This document shows, one piece after another, positions 50,128 to 63,800 of a stretch of DNA of 64,000 nucleotides (the first letter of the stretch is position 1; each line of letters begins with the position of its first letter). The notes under the pieces were generated by a model that did no database searches, was not told where the DNA came from, and saw nothing but the letters and a program-made list of their open reading frames with translations. The DNA comes from Squalus acanthias (Eukaryota). The stretch lies in NCBI GenBank assembly GCA_030390025.1, contig CM059432.1, forward strand, positions 57,414,001 to 57,478,000. The letters are read 5' to 3'. The position numbers and the translations under genes are program-made.

Positions 50128-52807
50128 CGTTTGGGAAATTGGGCATGTTAGTGCCAGCCGTTAAGACCGGAAGAAAAATTGACAGCCGCCTCGTTTCCGC
50201 TTGCTTCCGGCGGGTCCTGCGGCGGCCGCCATTTTGAGCAGGTCGGCAGTGCTGTTGTTGCCTGCGCTTGTTGCAGTGTTGCAGATGTGGAAATGAGACA
50301 GATTGTGACGTCAATAAGTGTGCAACGCTGATTTGACACATGATCTGCCATTTTGGACGTCACCACTCCTTTTAGAGTTCTCACCAAATCACGACCAGTT
50401 GAACATGCGTTCAGCAGCAGGAAGGATCCCCCACCAGCCCTATTCAAAGGGATCATCAACAACTTGCAGCTGACGTGCTCTTTCATTTATACTGGCTCTG
50501 TGTAAGTTTGTGCAACTGTTTGGCACTTTCTACAGTTATTTAAAGCTGCTGAGGTGACAGGGAATGTTGCTGCAAGTGGAGAATGTCTTGCTTCTCATTT
50601 AAAGGGTTCTGCTCACATCACTTGTTTACAGTCATGGAGGCTCCACTTGCAGTCGCCCTCGCACTCGAGTATGACAGGGAGATTGAGTGGAGGCAGTGAA
50701 GAAGAGGACAAGATGCTCGCAGAGGGAGGAGCAGGAGGGGCAGGAGGGCTCTCAGCAGGAGGCCTTACCCACGTAGGGTCTTCCGAGATCATTTCTCCTA
50801 CCTGCACTTAAGCCAGGAGCAGTGTATTAGGAGGCTCTGCTTTACCAAGGAGTTGGACACAGAACTCTGCCACCGCCTGCAACCAGACCTGCAGCCTCAG
50901 AGCAGAGCAATGACAATGCTGCCAGTGGCCCTCAAGGTCACAGTGGCCCTCAATCTTTTCGCCACTGGATCTTTCCAGTCTGGAGCAGGAGACATAGCTA
51001 ACAACTCCCAGTTCGCCGTCCATCACTGCACCCGGGAGGTCACAGAGGCTCTGTACTCCAGGAAAAGGGACTCCATTGTCTTCTCTCTAAACAGAGAGAA
51101 GCAGCAGGAGAGTGCGCGTGGCTTTGCCAGAACATCGGGCTTCCCACCACCAACTGCACACACGTGGCTTTGCGGGTACCGCATACTAATCCTGAGATGT
51201 TCTGTAACCGCAAAGGCTACCATTTACTTAATATGCAGTTGGTGTGCGACCACACCCAATGCATCATGATGGTGAATGCCCGCTTTCCTGGCAGCAGTCA
51301 TGATGCCTTCGTCCTGCGCCAGTCCGGTGTGCTAGCAATCTTCCAGCCACATGTCAAATCTGAGGGTATCTGCTCGGAGACAAGGGCTATCACCACTGCA
51401 CCTGCCTGATGACTCCCCTCCACAACCCTACCACTCGTGGCCAGCAATCATATAATGAGAGCCATGCTGCCCTCAGGAACCTCATCGAGCAGACCATCGG
51501 GGTGCTCAAGCAACAGTTCCGCTGCCTTGACCACTCGGGAGGAGCTCTCCAGTGCACGCCGGAGCGGGCGTCCCATTTCATGGTGGTCTGCTGCATCCTC
51601 CACAACTTGGCCATCATGAGGGCGCAGCCCTTGCCACCATGGGTTCCGGAACCACCTCAGGAGGAGGAGGAGGAAGAGAAAGAGGAGGAGGTGGAGGAGG
51701 AAGATGAAGACGAACAGGAGGAGGAGAAAAGGAAGAGGAGGTAGGGAGGAGGCAGGCAGCAGATCCTTGTTCCGGACGGCTGTCCGCGAGCACCTCATCA
51801 GTCTCCGGTTCCAATGTCTGAAACTCCAGATCCCCATTGCTCACCACTTCCCCATCTTACCATCCCTCTGTCACGGAACATCACAGCGTCCTCCTGGGAA
51901 CAAAGCTGAAATGAGAGCCACCACAAAACAAACATTCCAAACATAATTTATTAAGTTATCAAATCCAAATCAAAACAATAACGTCAACTAATTCCCTTAG
52001 TGCCTGTCTTTCGTGTTCCTTTTCCTACTCTAGTGCTCCTATTAAGTGCTACCCCAGTGGTTGCAGCATGGCTGGTGAAAGGCCGCTGACTTTCAGTGGT
52101 GGAGACTGCAGATGGCCTTGCAGGACGATCTTGAGCAGCTCTGGGCCTAGAAGGCCCGGCTGTAGACTGCACCACCTCGACATGGGCAGCAGCAGTCTGG
52201 GCTAGCTGGATGACAGCAAGGGCACTGGCAGAGTGACAGTGGTGGGAGAACAAATGCTGTCACCTTAGAGAGGACAGCAGGTTCTTGCTCCACGGAGCCA
52301 CTGCCATTCCCCCGGGGCGGCGCCTCAGCATTCTTAGCCATCTCTTTGGGGACAGATTACTGGAGTGCTGTCAGACCCTGCAAGCCCCTTTCCACACTCG
52401 TAAACCCAGCCACGATGGCAGCAGTCTGAGCTTCCACTGCAGCACTGAGACATCGGGTCGCTTCCGCCTGTGCTGCAATGGAAGCTGCGAGATCGCCCAT
52501 CACATCCAGCATCATGGTTGGGTCCACAAGCTCTCTCATGGAGTTGGCCACCATTTCCATCCTGGAAATCATGGGCTCCAAGCTCTGCGCAAAGCCCCGT
52601 CTAATGTTGGAGCCGGACTCCTCCATGGTCCTTGGCACTGACAAGACGCTCTCTGGCAGGCTTGCCATTGCACCAAGGATTTCTGTGTGCATGCCCATCA
52701 CCCTTCTTCTGAAGGCCGCCCCAGCGACGTCATTATCTGATTCCTGTGCAGCAGAACTCGTGCTCCTGCCCGCGCCCATTTTCGGGCCTTATCCAATTTC
52801 CAGGCCA
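50128..52807 (+). mobile_element. Harbinger with frameshifted transposase (+, ~50635-51820) and internally deleted Myb gene (-, ~51984-52770)
   Basis: ORFs 50853, 51164 and 51409 have VALKVTVALN, NRKGYH, GSSHDAF, IEQTIGVLKQ and CCILHN. Right end is ccaatttccaggcc; the left boundary is uncertain. Confidence 0.85.
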
Positions 52808-53249
52808 AACTGTCATTAGCTTTTAACTGATCTGAGGGATGTGCCAATCTGCAGCAATTAAGCATTGTGGCCTTAGAGGGGTTTGCCAGATGATGTAACG
52901 CAACAGAATAATGCATTGTATGTAATGTGGTATAATGATTCTGTCATTATAAAACAGCATAAATCTCTGACTTACTCTAAGCATTGTTACACAAGATCTT
53001 CCAGTAGTAAATATATATAGCAAGCGGATTTATATCCTACAAGTCAGTTGACCTGCTAACTCATAGATAAGGTAATTTATGAGTTCTGGTCAGTATTACA
53101 AGATCATACCCCATAGCTTCTCATCATCTTATCTGTTTATCACACACATTAGGTAATTAATTAAACTGATAGATGTAAGTTACTTTAAATGGGAATGCTA
53201 AATTAATGTGCAATTGCAATTAGTTCTGCTGATCTTTCTTCTTTATAAT

Positions 53250-53980
53250 TCATTCACTGGATGTGGGCGTCGCTGGCAAGGCCAGCATTTATTACCCATC
53301 CCTAATTGCCCTTGAGAAGGTGGTGGTGAGCCACCTGCTTGAACCGCTGCAGTCCGTGTGGTGAAGGTACTCCCACAGTGCTGTTAGGGAGGGAGCTCCA
53401 GGATTTTGACCCAGCGACGATGAAGCAACAGCGATATATTTCTAAGTCAGGATGGTGTGTGACTTGGAGGGGAATTTGGAGGTGGTGGTGTTCCCATGCG
53501 CCTGCTGCCCTTGTCCTTCTAGGTGCTAGAGATCGTGGGGTTGGGAGGTGCTGTCGATGAAGCCTTGGCGAGTTGCTGCAGTGCATCTTGTAGATGGTAC
53601 ACACTGCAGCCACAGTACACTGGTGGTGGAGGGAGTGAATGTTTAAGGTGGTGGATGGGGTGGCAATCAAGCGGGCTGCTATGTCCTGGATGGTGTCGAG
53701 CTTCTTGAATGTTGTTGGAGCTGCACTCATCCATGCAAGTGGAGAGTAATCAATCACACTCCTAACTTGTGCCTTGTAGATGGTGGAAAGGCTTTGGGGA
53801 GTCAGGAGGTGAGTCACGTGCCGCAGAATACCCAGCCTCTGAACTGCTCTTGTAGCCACAGTATTTATGTGGCTGGTCCAGTTAAGTTTCTGGTGAACGG
53901 TGACCCCCAGGATGTTGATGGTGGGGGATTCAATGATGGTAATGCCGTTGAATGTCAAGGGGCGGTGGTTAGACTTTCTC
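53250..53980 (-). mobile_element. CR1/L2-group LINE 3' fragment
   Basis: ORF 53302-53958 has ILGVTVHQKLNWTSHI, IYKAQVRSVIDYSPLAW and KLDTIQ, a non-LTR RT C-terminal region. Confidence 0.82.
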
Positions 53981-54089
53981 TGAAGGTTTTCCCCTCACAG
54001 TATTGCCTATTCTCAATTATGATGTCATCTCAAAGAAACCAAACTATTTAATGAAAGTGATTTTGAACAATTGACTTTGTAAGGATTAT

Positions 54090-54847
54090 GGGGGAAAACT
54101 TCAGTTGGTTTGCGCCTCCCGTTAGCGCCTTAAGAGGGCACTAATGGGGCGCAAGGCAACTAGCGCCCGGGTGCGGTGCCGCCCATGCCTCCCGCGAAAT
54201 TCAGCGGGAGGTTAGCGGCGGTGCTAACCGGTAGCGCCCTGTGGCGCTGCGCCGCCGGCGATGACGTCATCGCCGCTTGCACTCCGGCCACGATCTTCAG
54301 TAGCGCCCCTTGACTTACCGCTGGACGCTATGTCCGACGGGGTCAGGGGGGCCTACCTGTGGCCGGGGCGGCGCTAGTTAAAGGGGAGGTGGCGGGCGGT
54401 CATTTTTTGTTGCTGGCCGCCTGCCAGCACCTGCCCCCGTTGCTGTCCCCGGCCCCCGTGAAGCCCCCCCCGCGAAGTGCCAGCTGCGCTCCAAGAGCCC
54501 GGCACTTCTCTTGAGTGCCGCCTCTTTTGCCGGCACTCCTGATCCCCGGGGGCCCAGCTGGGCTCTGGTTCACGCTGCGCAAGGCCCCTACCCTTTAAGA
54601 AGGGGAGGAAGGCCTGCAATACCGCGGTGCGACGTGCCGCAGCGCCTGGCGCTGCAGCACATAGCGCCACGATATTGACTCGCAGCGCCCCAAGATGGAT
54701 GCAGGGCGCTTCCAGTAGCGCCCCGCTTCCCTCTTGGGGCGCAACCACTCAATTTCCAGCACGGGGGCGCTAATTTTTATGGGGTGCTAAAAGTAGCGCC
54801 CCGGCGAAGTTAGCGCCCCAAAGGTGGCGCGACTCAATTTTTCCCCC
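54090..54847. mobile_element. GC-rich non-autonomous Harbinger element
   Basis: The left end gggggaaaacttcagttggtttgcgcctcccgttagcgccttaagagggc closely matches the reverse complement of ~10110-10162; right end caatttttccccc. Confidence 0.85.
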
Positions 54848-55189
54848 CATATGTCAACATAATCATTCTGGGCTAGGGGGTTGGACAACACACCAATGCT
54901 TTGTTTGATAATGCTTTGACACATTCTGCTACTACTTCATTATGCAATTCATCTGAAAGGAAAGGTCAGTTATGTTTACGTAATATTGGTATCTGTGAAG
55001 TATCCTTAGGGAGGCATTTGCTAGCTTTATTAACTGAATTATTTTACATGTATTCAAACCATATTATAGCTCATTCGAGCAGGCAAAGTAATACTTCTTA
55101 TTGAGCTCTTTACTGACTATTATGAAGCTTCAAGTGATGTCAGAACCACTACAACTAGTTTTGCAAGAAAAGTAAATTTTTTGGTATGT

Positions 55190-55470
55190 ACAACAACTTG
55201 CATTTATCTAGCACTATTAGCATAGTAAAATGCTTGAATGTGCTTCACAAGAGCGATTATTAAACAAAATTTGACACCGAGCCACATAAGGAAATATTAG
55301 GACAGGTGACCAAAAGCTTAGTTGAAGAGATAGGTTTTAAGGAACATCTTAAAGGAGGAGAAGGAGGTTGAAAGGCAGAGAGGATTAGGGAGGGAATTTC
55401 AGAGCTTAAGGCCTAGGCAGCTGAAAGCATGGCCGTCAATGATGGAGCGAAGAAAATCGACAAATATTAA
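55190..55470 (-). mobile_element. L2 LINE 3' end
   Basis: acaacaacttgcatttat..gacaccgagccacataagg..ggtgaccaaaagctt..ggttttaagg..gggagggaatttcagagc, recognised from recall as a typical L2 3' end. Confidence 0.7.
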
Positions 55471-55604
55471 GGACATCCATAACAACATAAAACAATTTGT
55501 TCATAAAAAGTAGTACAGCACAGATAAACCAGTTGTATTGGGTCTGATGGCTAGGTTAACAAGTAACCTATGATAACTGACCGTAGCAGAGAATTGCCAC
55601 TGTA

Positions 55605-56900
55605 GTTCATAGGAACACAGGAACAACAGTAGCCCATTTAGCTTCTCAAGCCTGTTCCACCATTCTATTAGACCATGGCTGATCTGTACCTCAACTCCAT
55701 CTACCCACCTTTGCTCCATATCCCTCGATACCCTTACCTAACAAAAATCTATCGATCTTAGTATTGAAAATTTTAATTGTCCCAGCATTCACAGCCTTTT
55801 GGGGGAGAGAGTTCCAGATCTCCACTACCCTTTGTGTGAAAACGTGCTTCCTGATTTCACTCCTAAATGCCCTAGCTCTAATTTTAAGATTATGCCCTCT
55901 TGTTCTGGATTCTCCCACCAGAGGAAGTAGATTTTGTATACTATCGAATCCCTTTATCATTTTAAACACCTCAAATAGATCACCCCTCAAGCTTCTAAGC
56001 TCAAGGGAATACAAGTTAGTTTATGCAACCTGCTTTCATAATTTAATCCATTAAGCCCTGGTATAATTCTGGTGAATCTATGCTGTATCCACTCCAAGGC
56101 TAATATATTTATCCTGAGTTTTGGTGTCCAAAACTGAACGCAATGCTCCAGATGGAGACTGACTAAGGCACTGAACAACTTAAGCATAACTTCCTCACTT
56201 TGGCATTCCAACTTGAAATATAGGTCAACATTCCATTAGCCTTTTGATTACTTTTTTTTAACCTGTGCACTAGCTTTTAATGATAATGGATGCCTAAAAT
56301 ACCTTTGCTCCTCCACAGTTCCTAGTCTCTCACCAATAAGAAAATATTTTGATTTTACTTTTTCAGATCCAAAGTGGATAACCTTGCACTTCCCCACATT
56401 GAACTCCATCTTCCATAGTTTTACCCACTCACTTAGCATATCTATGTCCCTTTGTAACTTCCTGCTCCCATCTACACAACTTACTCTGCCTCCTAACTTA
56501 GTATCATCTACAAACTTGGATATACAACTCTCTATTCCTTCATCCAAGTCATTGATGTATATGGTGAAGAGGTGAGGCCCCAGTACAGTTCCCTGGGGAA
56601 CACTTGTCACATTCGACCTATCAGAGAACATTCCATTTATCCTTACCTCCAACCAATTACTAATTAATGTCACAAGGTTACTTCCAAGTCCATGTATTCT
56701 CATTTTTGCTAATAATCTCTTATGCGGAACCTTATCAAATGCCTTCTGGAAGTTCATATAGGCAACATCGATAGACACTCTCTATCCACCATGCCAGTGA
56801 GTTCCTCAAAAAATTCAATCAGATTAGTCAGACATGACCTACCTTTCACAAAACCATACTGATTCTCTTTGATCAGCTGAAACTTGTCCAAGTACTCAGT
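55605..56900 (-). mobile_element. older CR1 LINE (RT to tail)
   Basis: ORFs 56248-56778, 55987-56211 and 55691-56014 with FQKAFDKVPH, KFVDDTKL and HLEHCVQFW. Confidence 0.92.
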
Positions 56901-57695
56901 TATTCTGGCTCAACAAGCTTACCAGTATAATAGTGATATTTTAGAAGCTAACTTTTGTGTTTTTCTTGTGATGTTCTAACTGTTTTGCATCATCATGTTT
57001 AAAATATCAACAGTTTCCAATCTATTTTTGAGGCAGTCTGATGCTTTGCACTCAGTCACTGTGAAGAAAGCAATATTTCCAAATTCAATAGATCATGACA
57101 ATGGTAACAATCCTAAACTAATTTTAAATGAAAAATCTATTAGCCTGAAGCAGAGATTTCAAACCAATTGTATAACTAATACTGTGGATTTAGTGATATA
57201 ATCTGATGTTGCAGCCCAGAATTTTATTTATTTTTTGAAAAGAAATCCCGGAGGTTACTATTAACTCCTACAATATGAGAGTTCTTAAAAGTATCTGTGC
57301 CATTTGGATACGTTTTTAAGTTTTCTAATTATGACATTGTAAAATAGTTTCTGTGAATATTTTATGCAGCAATAATGGGGATTATTATGAGGGCCATTAG
57401 GTCACAGGTGCCCGCTTTTCTCTCTTCTTGAAATATCCTTAGCAGGGAGGAATGAAAATGAGTAACAAATATTCAAATATTTAAAAAAGTACTTTTGGCA
57501 CTCCACTTGTTTAAATTTCTAGCCCTTTGACTGTTTGGAAATGCACATTTAAAAGCAAAACAAAACGAATTTAAAAAGAAAACTTAAATTGTAGGTTTAT
57601 GGTGTTACTGGTGGCTTCCTCGGCTCTAGAAACCTGTAATGGCCCATCAAAGTCAGGTCTGTAAGCAGAAGCAGATGGAGATGCTTAAATTCTAT

Positions 57696-59898
57696 GGGGG
57701 AAAATTGGGCTTTGTAGCGCCCTTGTTTTAGGCACTAATCGGCCTCCTAAATGTTGAAAATTGGGTCCTAGATGCGCGCGCACACTTCCAACCAGAAGTG
57801 TGCCGGATGCCATCTTGGTACAGTAGTTTGCCCACACACACCTAATGACCGCCGGGAGCATGCAGATCAGGTAGATTTTGACGTCAATCAGTGTGCAACG
57901 CTGCTTTGATGCCAGCGCTGCCCTCTCTTAACCACCCACAGCTGAACAGGCATTCAACGGCATGAAGAACTCCCCCACCAGCGCTACATAAAGTGATTAT
58001 GAACTACTTACAGGTTAGTTACTGGATTATTTCTTCTGGAGGCTGGTGCAATTCTACGTGTTTTTGCAGCTTTCCTATACTTGCGTAAAGTTGCAATAGT
58101 GTACAGGGAGTGGTCTGGCTGATGCTGAATTACTTTTTGGGTGGTTTAAAGGCTTGTGCTGAAATAAGTTGCTCCCAGACATGGGTGGCCTGGTAGGCCT
58201 TCCTCTTGGAATTGAACATGACTGGGAGAATGAGGAGAGGCCACGCAGAGCAGGACAAGCTGCTAGAAGAGGGAGAAGTAGGAGGGGGAGAAGGGCTCTC
58301 AGCAGGAAGCCATTCCGCCCAGCGGGGGATTTAAGGGGCAATTCTCTTACCTGAATTTCAGCGAGGACCAATGCATGAGACGTCTTCGCTTCACTAAAGA
58401 GGTTCTGACTGAAATCTGCCAAATGCTGCTGCCACAACTGCAACCTCAAAGCAGGGCAAGAACCGCATTGCCAGTGGCTGTCAAGGTGACCGTGGCTCTT
58501 AACTTTTATGTGTCTGACTCCTTCCAGGCTGCTGCTGGAGATATAAGCAACATCTCGCAGTTTGCAGTACACTGCTGCATAAAGGAGGTCACTGAGGCTC
58601 TCTATACACAGAGGGACAGCTTCATCCCATTCCCTCTTGCCAGAGACAAGCAGGCGCAGCGAGCACGAGGGTTTGCAATGATTGCAGGATTCCCCATGGT
58701 GCAGGGTGCCATTGACTGCATGCGCAATGCATTGTGTGTGGCTCAGGCGAACTCTGCCATTTTCCTGAACCGAAAGCGATTCCACTCCTTCAATGTGCAG
58801 CTGGTGTGTGACCACAGGCAGCGCATCATGCAGGTGAATGCCAATTATCCTGGCAGTAGACATGATTCTTTCATTCTGCGGCAGACCTCTGCTCCAGCTG
58901 TATGTAACCCACCACGGCAAGTCAAAGGCTGGCTACTGGGCGACAAGGGTTATCCACTCATGACATGGCTCATGACTCCGGTCCGGAACTCACGCTTATG
59001 TGCACAGCAGACATACAATGAGAGCCATCCTGCCACAAGAAACATTATAGAGCACAGTCCTGCCTCATCCAGTCGTGCATGGTGATGGACAATTAAACAA
59101 CTAATGGGAGGAGGAGGCTCCATGAATATCCCCATCCTCAATGATGGCGGAGCCCAGCACATGAGTGCAAAAGACAAGGCTGAAGCGTTTGCAACCATCT
59201 TCAGCTAGAAGTGCCGAGTGGATGATCCATCCTCCTGAGGTTCCCACCATTACAGAGATTTTTGTTAGGTGGGTGATGGGGGTGTAGAGAATTGAGCAGT
59301 GGATGACGCTATTGACGCACTAAGTGGGATAGGCAATTTGAGGATGAAGTCACTCACCTTGGCAACTCATGTGAGATCATTAAACTTCTTCCTGCACTGC
59401 ATCCATGTTCAACGAGCAACACTCCTAGCATTGACATCCACCGCTATTTCTTCCCACTGCCTCCTGAACATGTGTCTGGAGGGCCTCCTGCCCCACTGCG
59501 GATATAGGACATCACTCCTATTTTCCATCGATTCTACTAAGGCCTCCAGCGCATGGTCTGAAAACCTTGGTGACCACTCTCTAGTATGTTCAGCCATTGC
59601 TCAGAGTATCCCAGCACTGATTCCATTTTGAATAAACTCCCACCACTTGTTGCAGCCACAATGCATCTCCCCTTTAAGAGGTGCAGGCTGCCTTTAATTA
59701 GCGCTAGACACTCACAATATCAGGCCTCCTGCTGATGCATGCAGCTAATGAACAGAACGGGTAGCGCTGGCTGCACGCAGCAATCAAAGAGCAGGCAGGA
59801 TGAATTTAACGTGCCGTCTGCAACGCAATGAACGGGCGTGGAATAATCATGCACCACAATCCCTGCGCCCATTTTCAGGTCTTATCCAAGTTCTCCCT
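57696..59898 (+). mobile_element. Harbinger with transposase (+, ~58181-59055), central deletion or LINE fragment, and Myb exon 1 (-, ~59340-59597)
   Basis: ORF 58375-59085 has GAIDC, NVQLVCD and GDKGYPL. ORF 59409-59597 has PRFSDHALEALVE..WEEIA. TIR-like ends gggggaaaattgg/ccaagttctccct. Confidence 0.87.
59056..59258 (+). mobile_element. CR1/L2-group LINE internal fragment
   Basis: Reads SSRAW*WTIKQLMGGGGSMNIPILNDGGAQHMSAKDKAEAFATIFS, a LINE ORF2 linker region. Confidence 0.6.
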
Positions 59899-59965
59899 TG
59901 TATCTCTAACCATTTACAGGTGCAGGGATCACATCACAATGGGACAGATTTCCTCTGCACACATT

Positions 59966-60708
59966 GGCCGGAATTTTCAGAGGTAAGAACGGGTGGGTTG
60001 GAGGCGTGGGGGGAAAGTGAAAGTTGTGCAAATGTAAAACCTGACCCCAACCCGCCTCCAACCTGCCCACTTTCACCTTTCACTCAGGTGGGACAGGCTG
60101 CCAGCCCGCTGCCAAGAAGCGGGTTGGCAATTTAAAAATGATAATGAGGCCTGAAGCCTCTACTTTAACTTGCTTTGTAGGTTTCACTGCAGGCGGCCGG
60201 GGATCCCGGGGCTAGGGATTCCCGGCAGCTGCAATGAGGCGACCTCAGCCTTGGGGAGCAATCCTTTTGGCCGGGAGGAGCAGGAGTGCTTCCTCCCGGC
60301 TCACCAAGCACCCCCACCATCAGCCTGCCTCTCCCTGGGGTTGGGGATCGGACCGCCCCAGAGATCAGACCGCCCCCCCCCGGGCCTGGAACATCCCCCC
60401 ACCCCCTTGGATCGTGACTCAGCCCCGGGGTCGGGGATCGGATCCCTCCCTAGGGAATCAGACCCGCCCCACTGGGGGATCGGACACCCCCCCCAACCAT
60501 CCTGGGCCCAGCACTTACCTTGTCCTGTGGCCTCCTGGTCTGCGTTCCCCACACAACTGGAAGCCAGCCTGTCAATCAGTGGAGAAGTGTCGCACACACG
60601 CTGTAGAGTTAAAACTCCACAGCGTGCTGGGAAACCCGAACATCCAGGTTTCCCGCTGTCTCCTGGGTCCCCCCACACCGTGCGGGTGGGACCCGGATAA
60701 TCCAGCCC
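59966..60708. mobile_element. Harbinger-type MITE with a short internal GGATC repeat tract
   Basis: Imperfect TIR ggccggaatttt/ataatccagccc, TSD ATT; ggggatcgga units at ~60340-60490. Confidence 0.72.
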
Positions 60709-60867
60709 ATTGTGTGCAACAAAATCATAAACCTGCCTTTCATAAAATGTTTTATAATTTTATTATACTTAATATGTTGTATCTGGGCAATTAAAATGTA
60801 ATATTTAAGGTTTGCATGAGCAGCTAGTAGTATAGAATTGAAGGTTTTCTTTCTTCTAGTACACTTT

Positions 60868-63800
60868 GAGGGAAAAATTTGTCCCCTTAGTGCCTTCCAT
60901 TAGCACCAGCAGATGGCGCTAATGGGGCGCTAGAGCAGTATCGCCGGGGCGAGGCAAATCCAATGCCGCATGCCAAATCACGCCCCCGTAGCACCGCCGT
61001 TATCGCCGAGAACGTCAACGCTAGGTGGATCATGACATCAGTGAGTGTGCAACGCTCACTGACTGCCCGATCTGCTAAATTGATTGTCGCCACCTACCTT
61101 AGTGCCTAGAGTAAACACTGACAGGGAGAGCTGGCGTGAAGCACCAGGAAGCCAGCTCCAGGGACGTTATTTAAAGGGATCATTAGTAATGACTCGCAGC
61201 TGTCAGGTTAGTGCAGTTTCAATGGTTTCTGGTCAGTTTCTCATACTCCAACAGTTTGATTTAGTAATTTCAATTTTCTTTTGTATCAGGAGTGTTGTGG
61301 CAACTAAAAAGTAGCTACATTTATTCTTCAAAAAATCAAACTGCTACACTTGGTAACATTAATGGGGGCTGTACTGGCCACCTCACTTTCCAGGATCTAT
61401 GGCGGAGGAAGCGTAGGCAGCGAGAATGATGGGAACATGTGCTCAGAGAGATGAGGAGGGACACCAAGGCTCTCACCAGGAGGCCTTACCCTCCGAGGGT
61501 ATTCCGAGACCACTTCTCCTTCCTTTAATGAAGTGAGGAGCAGTGTATTAGATGGCTCTGCCTCACCAAGGAGGGGATCACAGAACTCTGCCACCTCCTC
61601 CAAACAGACCTCCAGCCTCACACCAGGATGACTTAAATCCCAGATCCCCTTTGATCACCATATCCCCATCCTTCCATCCCGCTCACAGGCTGTTTCAGAC
61701 CGCAAAGCTGAAATGCCAGACACCACAAAAGAATGGTAAGTGAATTAATAAAATTATCAAAAATCAGTGAACACATATTTACACCAAAAATATTAACTAT
61801 TCACCCTTGTGCAATCCCTTAGTGCCTCTCGTTACTGTGCATTTGTCCATTCTAGTGCTCCTACAAAGTGTTAGCAGCACGGCTGGTGGAAGACTGCGGG
61901 AGACTTCAGATGGCCTTGCAGGATGCCTTCGACCAGCTGGAAGGTCCGGCTGTAGACTGCACCACCTCAGCATGGGCGGCAGCAGTCTGGGCTGGCTGGA
62001 TGACAGGCAGCGACAAGGGCAATGACGGAGTGGCAATGGTGGGAGCAGGAATGCTGTCATCCTGAGAGAGGACAGCAGGTTCCTGCTCCACTGACCCACT
62101 GCCACTCCCCCGGGGTAGCACCTCAGCATCCCTAGCCATCTGTTGGAGCACAGATTGCTGGCCTGCTGTGACACCGTGAAAGCCCCGGTCGACGGTGGTA
62201 GACCCAGCCACGATGGCAGCAGTCAGAGCTTGTGTGGCATCAAGCTGAGCCTGCATGAGAGCAATCTGAGATTGGATACCACCAAGCATAGACTGCTTTA
62301 CAGCACTAAGACGTTGTGTCGCTTCCACCTATGCTGCAGTGGAAGCTGCCAGATCGCCCATCACACACGGCATCAGGTCTGGGTCACCACAGTCTCTCTG
62401 GGAGTCTACCATCCTTTGCAGACTGCAAAAGATGGGCTCCATGGTGTGCGCAGAGCCTTGTGCAATGCTGGAAGCAGACCCCTCCACACTCCCTACCATT
62501 GCCGAGAGGCTCTCGGGCACCCTTGCCATTGCATCTATCATCTCCATGTGCATGCCCAACACCCTTCTTCAAAATGGCTCCCCATCGAGGCCCTCATCTG
62601 AGTCCTGTGCAGCAGAACTCGCGCGTAAACTCGCCCTCCGGGGAGCTGGCTCCCGAGCTACCCTTTCCCCCTGGCCTTGCTGTAGCCCACTAGTTCCACA
62701 CTGCCTCACCCTGTGCAGATCCCGCTAGTATACTAGCCTCTAAAGAACACGTAGTGCCAGTATCTGAGCTGGTGCCAGCGGGTGAGACATGCAGTGACGC
62801 AGTGTGTTCTTCCTCCTCCTCTTCTCCCACCTCGCTCTCTACCGTGCCTCAGGGACAGGCTGCTCAGGTGCTTGCTGATTATCTGAAAGCATAAAGGCAC
62901 AAGAGTCAGGTTAAGCTGAGGGGAGGGGGACAGGAAGGGAGAAATGCATGCATACAGCATGATTAGCTGGAAAGTGTGACACGCTTGTGAGGTGAGGAGG
63001 AAGTGGGATGTGAGAAGAAGGAAAAGGGATAAACATACTATTGTTGTCCCCAAGAGGGTAAACGTCGCCGGTGGCCACGGCGCCCACCACCTGGCACCCA
63101 ATAATCTGCAGCACTTGATTATCCAGTGCAGACAGTGTTTGGGTGTCGGCTTGTCCCCCGCCTGTGCGCTCCTGCTCCCTCCTTTTGTGAGCCACCATGG
63201 CCTGCAAGAGAAAGGAAAGTGTGTGAGTGAGTGAGTGTGGAGCAATGTGTTTGGGTGATGTGCCTCCCATAGTTGAATAGCTGATATTGTGTGCAAGGTG
63301 TGAGATGTGGGTGTGAGTGTTGGTAGGTAGAGATTGTTGGTGGGTGAGTGCTGGGGGTGTGGCGCTTTGAGCAGTGTGTGAAGAGTATGGTTTAGATGGT
63401 GGTATGCAGCATTTGTTGAAGCATTCACTCACCCTGACCATACGAGTGAGGTTGTTAAATTTCTTCCTGCACTGTGTGGGGGTCCTGGGGACCACAGTGC
63501 TGCCCAAGACGTGCTGCGCTACCTCCCTCCACATGGTGCGGAAGACTTGTGGTGAGGGCCTCCTGCCACTTGCTGGGTAGAGCACCGCCCTCCGTCTCTC
63601 CAAAGTGAAAGCCAATGTCTCCAATGCTTCATCACAGAATCTGTGGACTCTCTCCCTGGGGCATGGATCTACCATGAGTACACCTGGTTCAGTCCTCTGG
63701 CTCCTTTTCCTTGTCATGCCTCTCCTTGCTGAGTCAGCTGCACAGCCAGCAATGCTGAGAATGAGGTACTGCAGCATCAATGAACCTTCCCTTTAATTAC

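Noticed and set aside
52972..53040. Minus-strand exon candidate ending in gtaagt
   Set aside because: All three frames contain stops between the acceptor and donor.
54090..54850. CpG island or promoter
   Set aside because: The GC/CpG richness coincides exactly with a TIR-bounded MITE.
62911..63780. 289-aa continuous Myb-like CDS
   Set aside because: It reads through predicted introns; the real structure is spliced.
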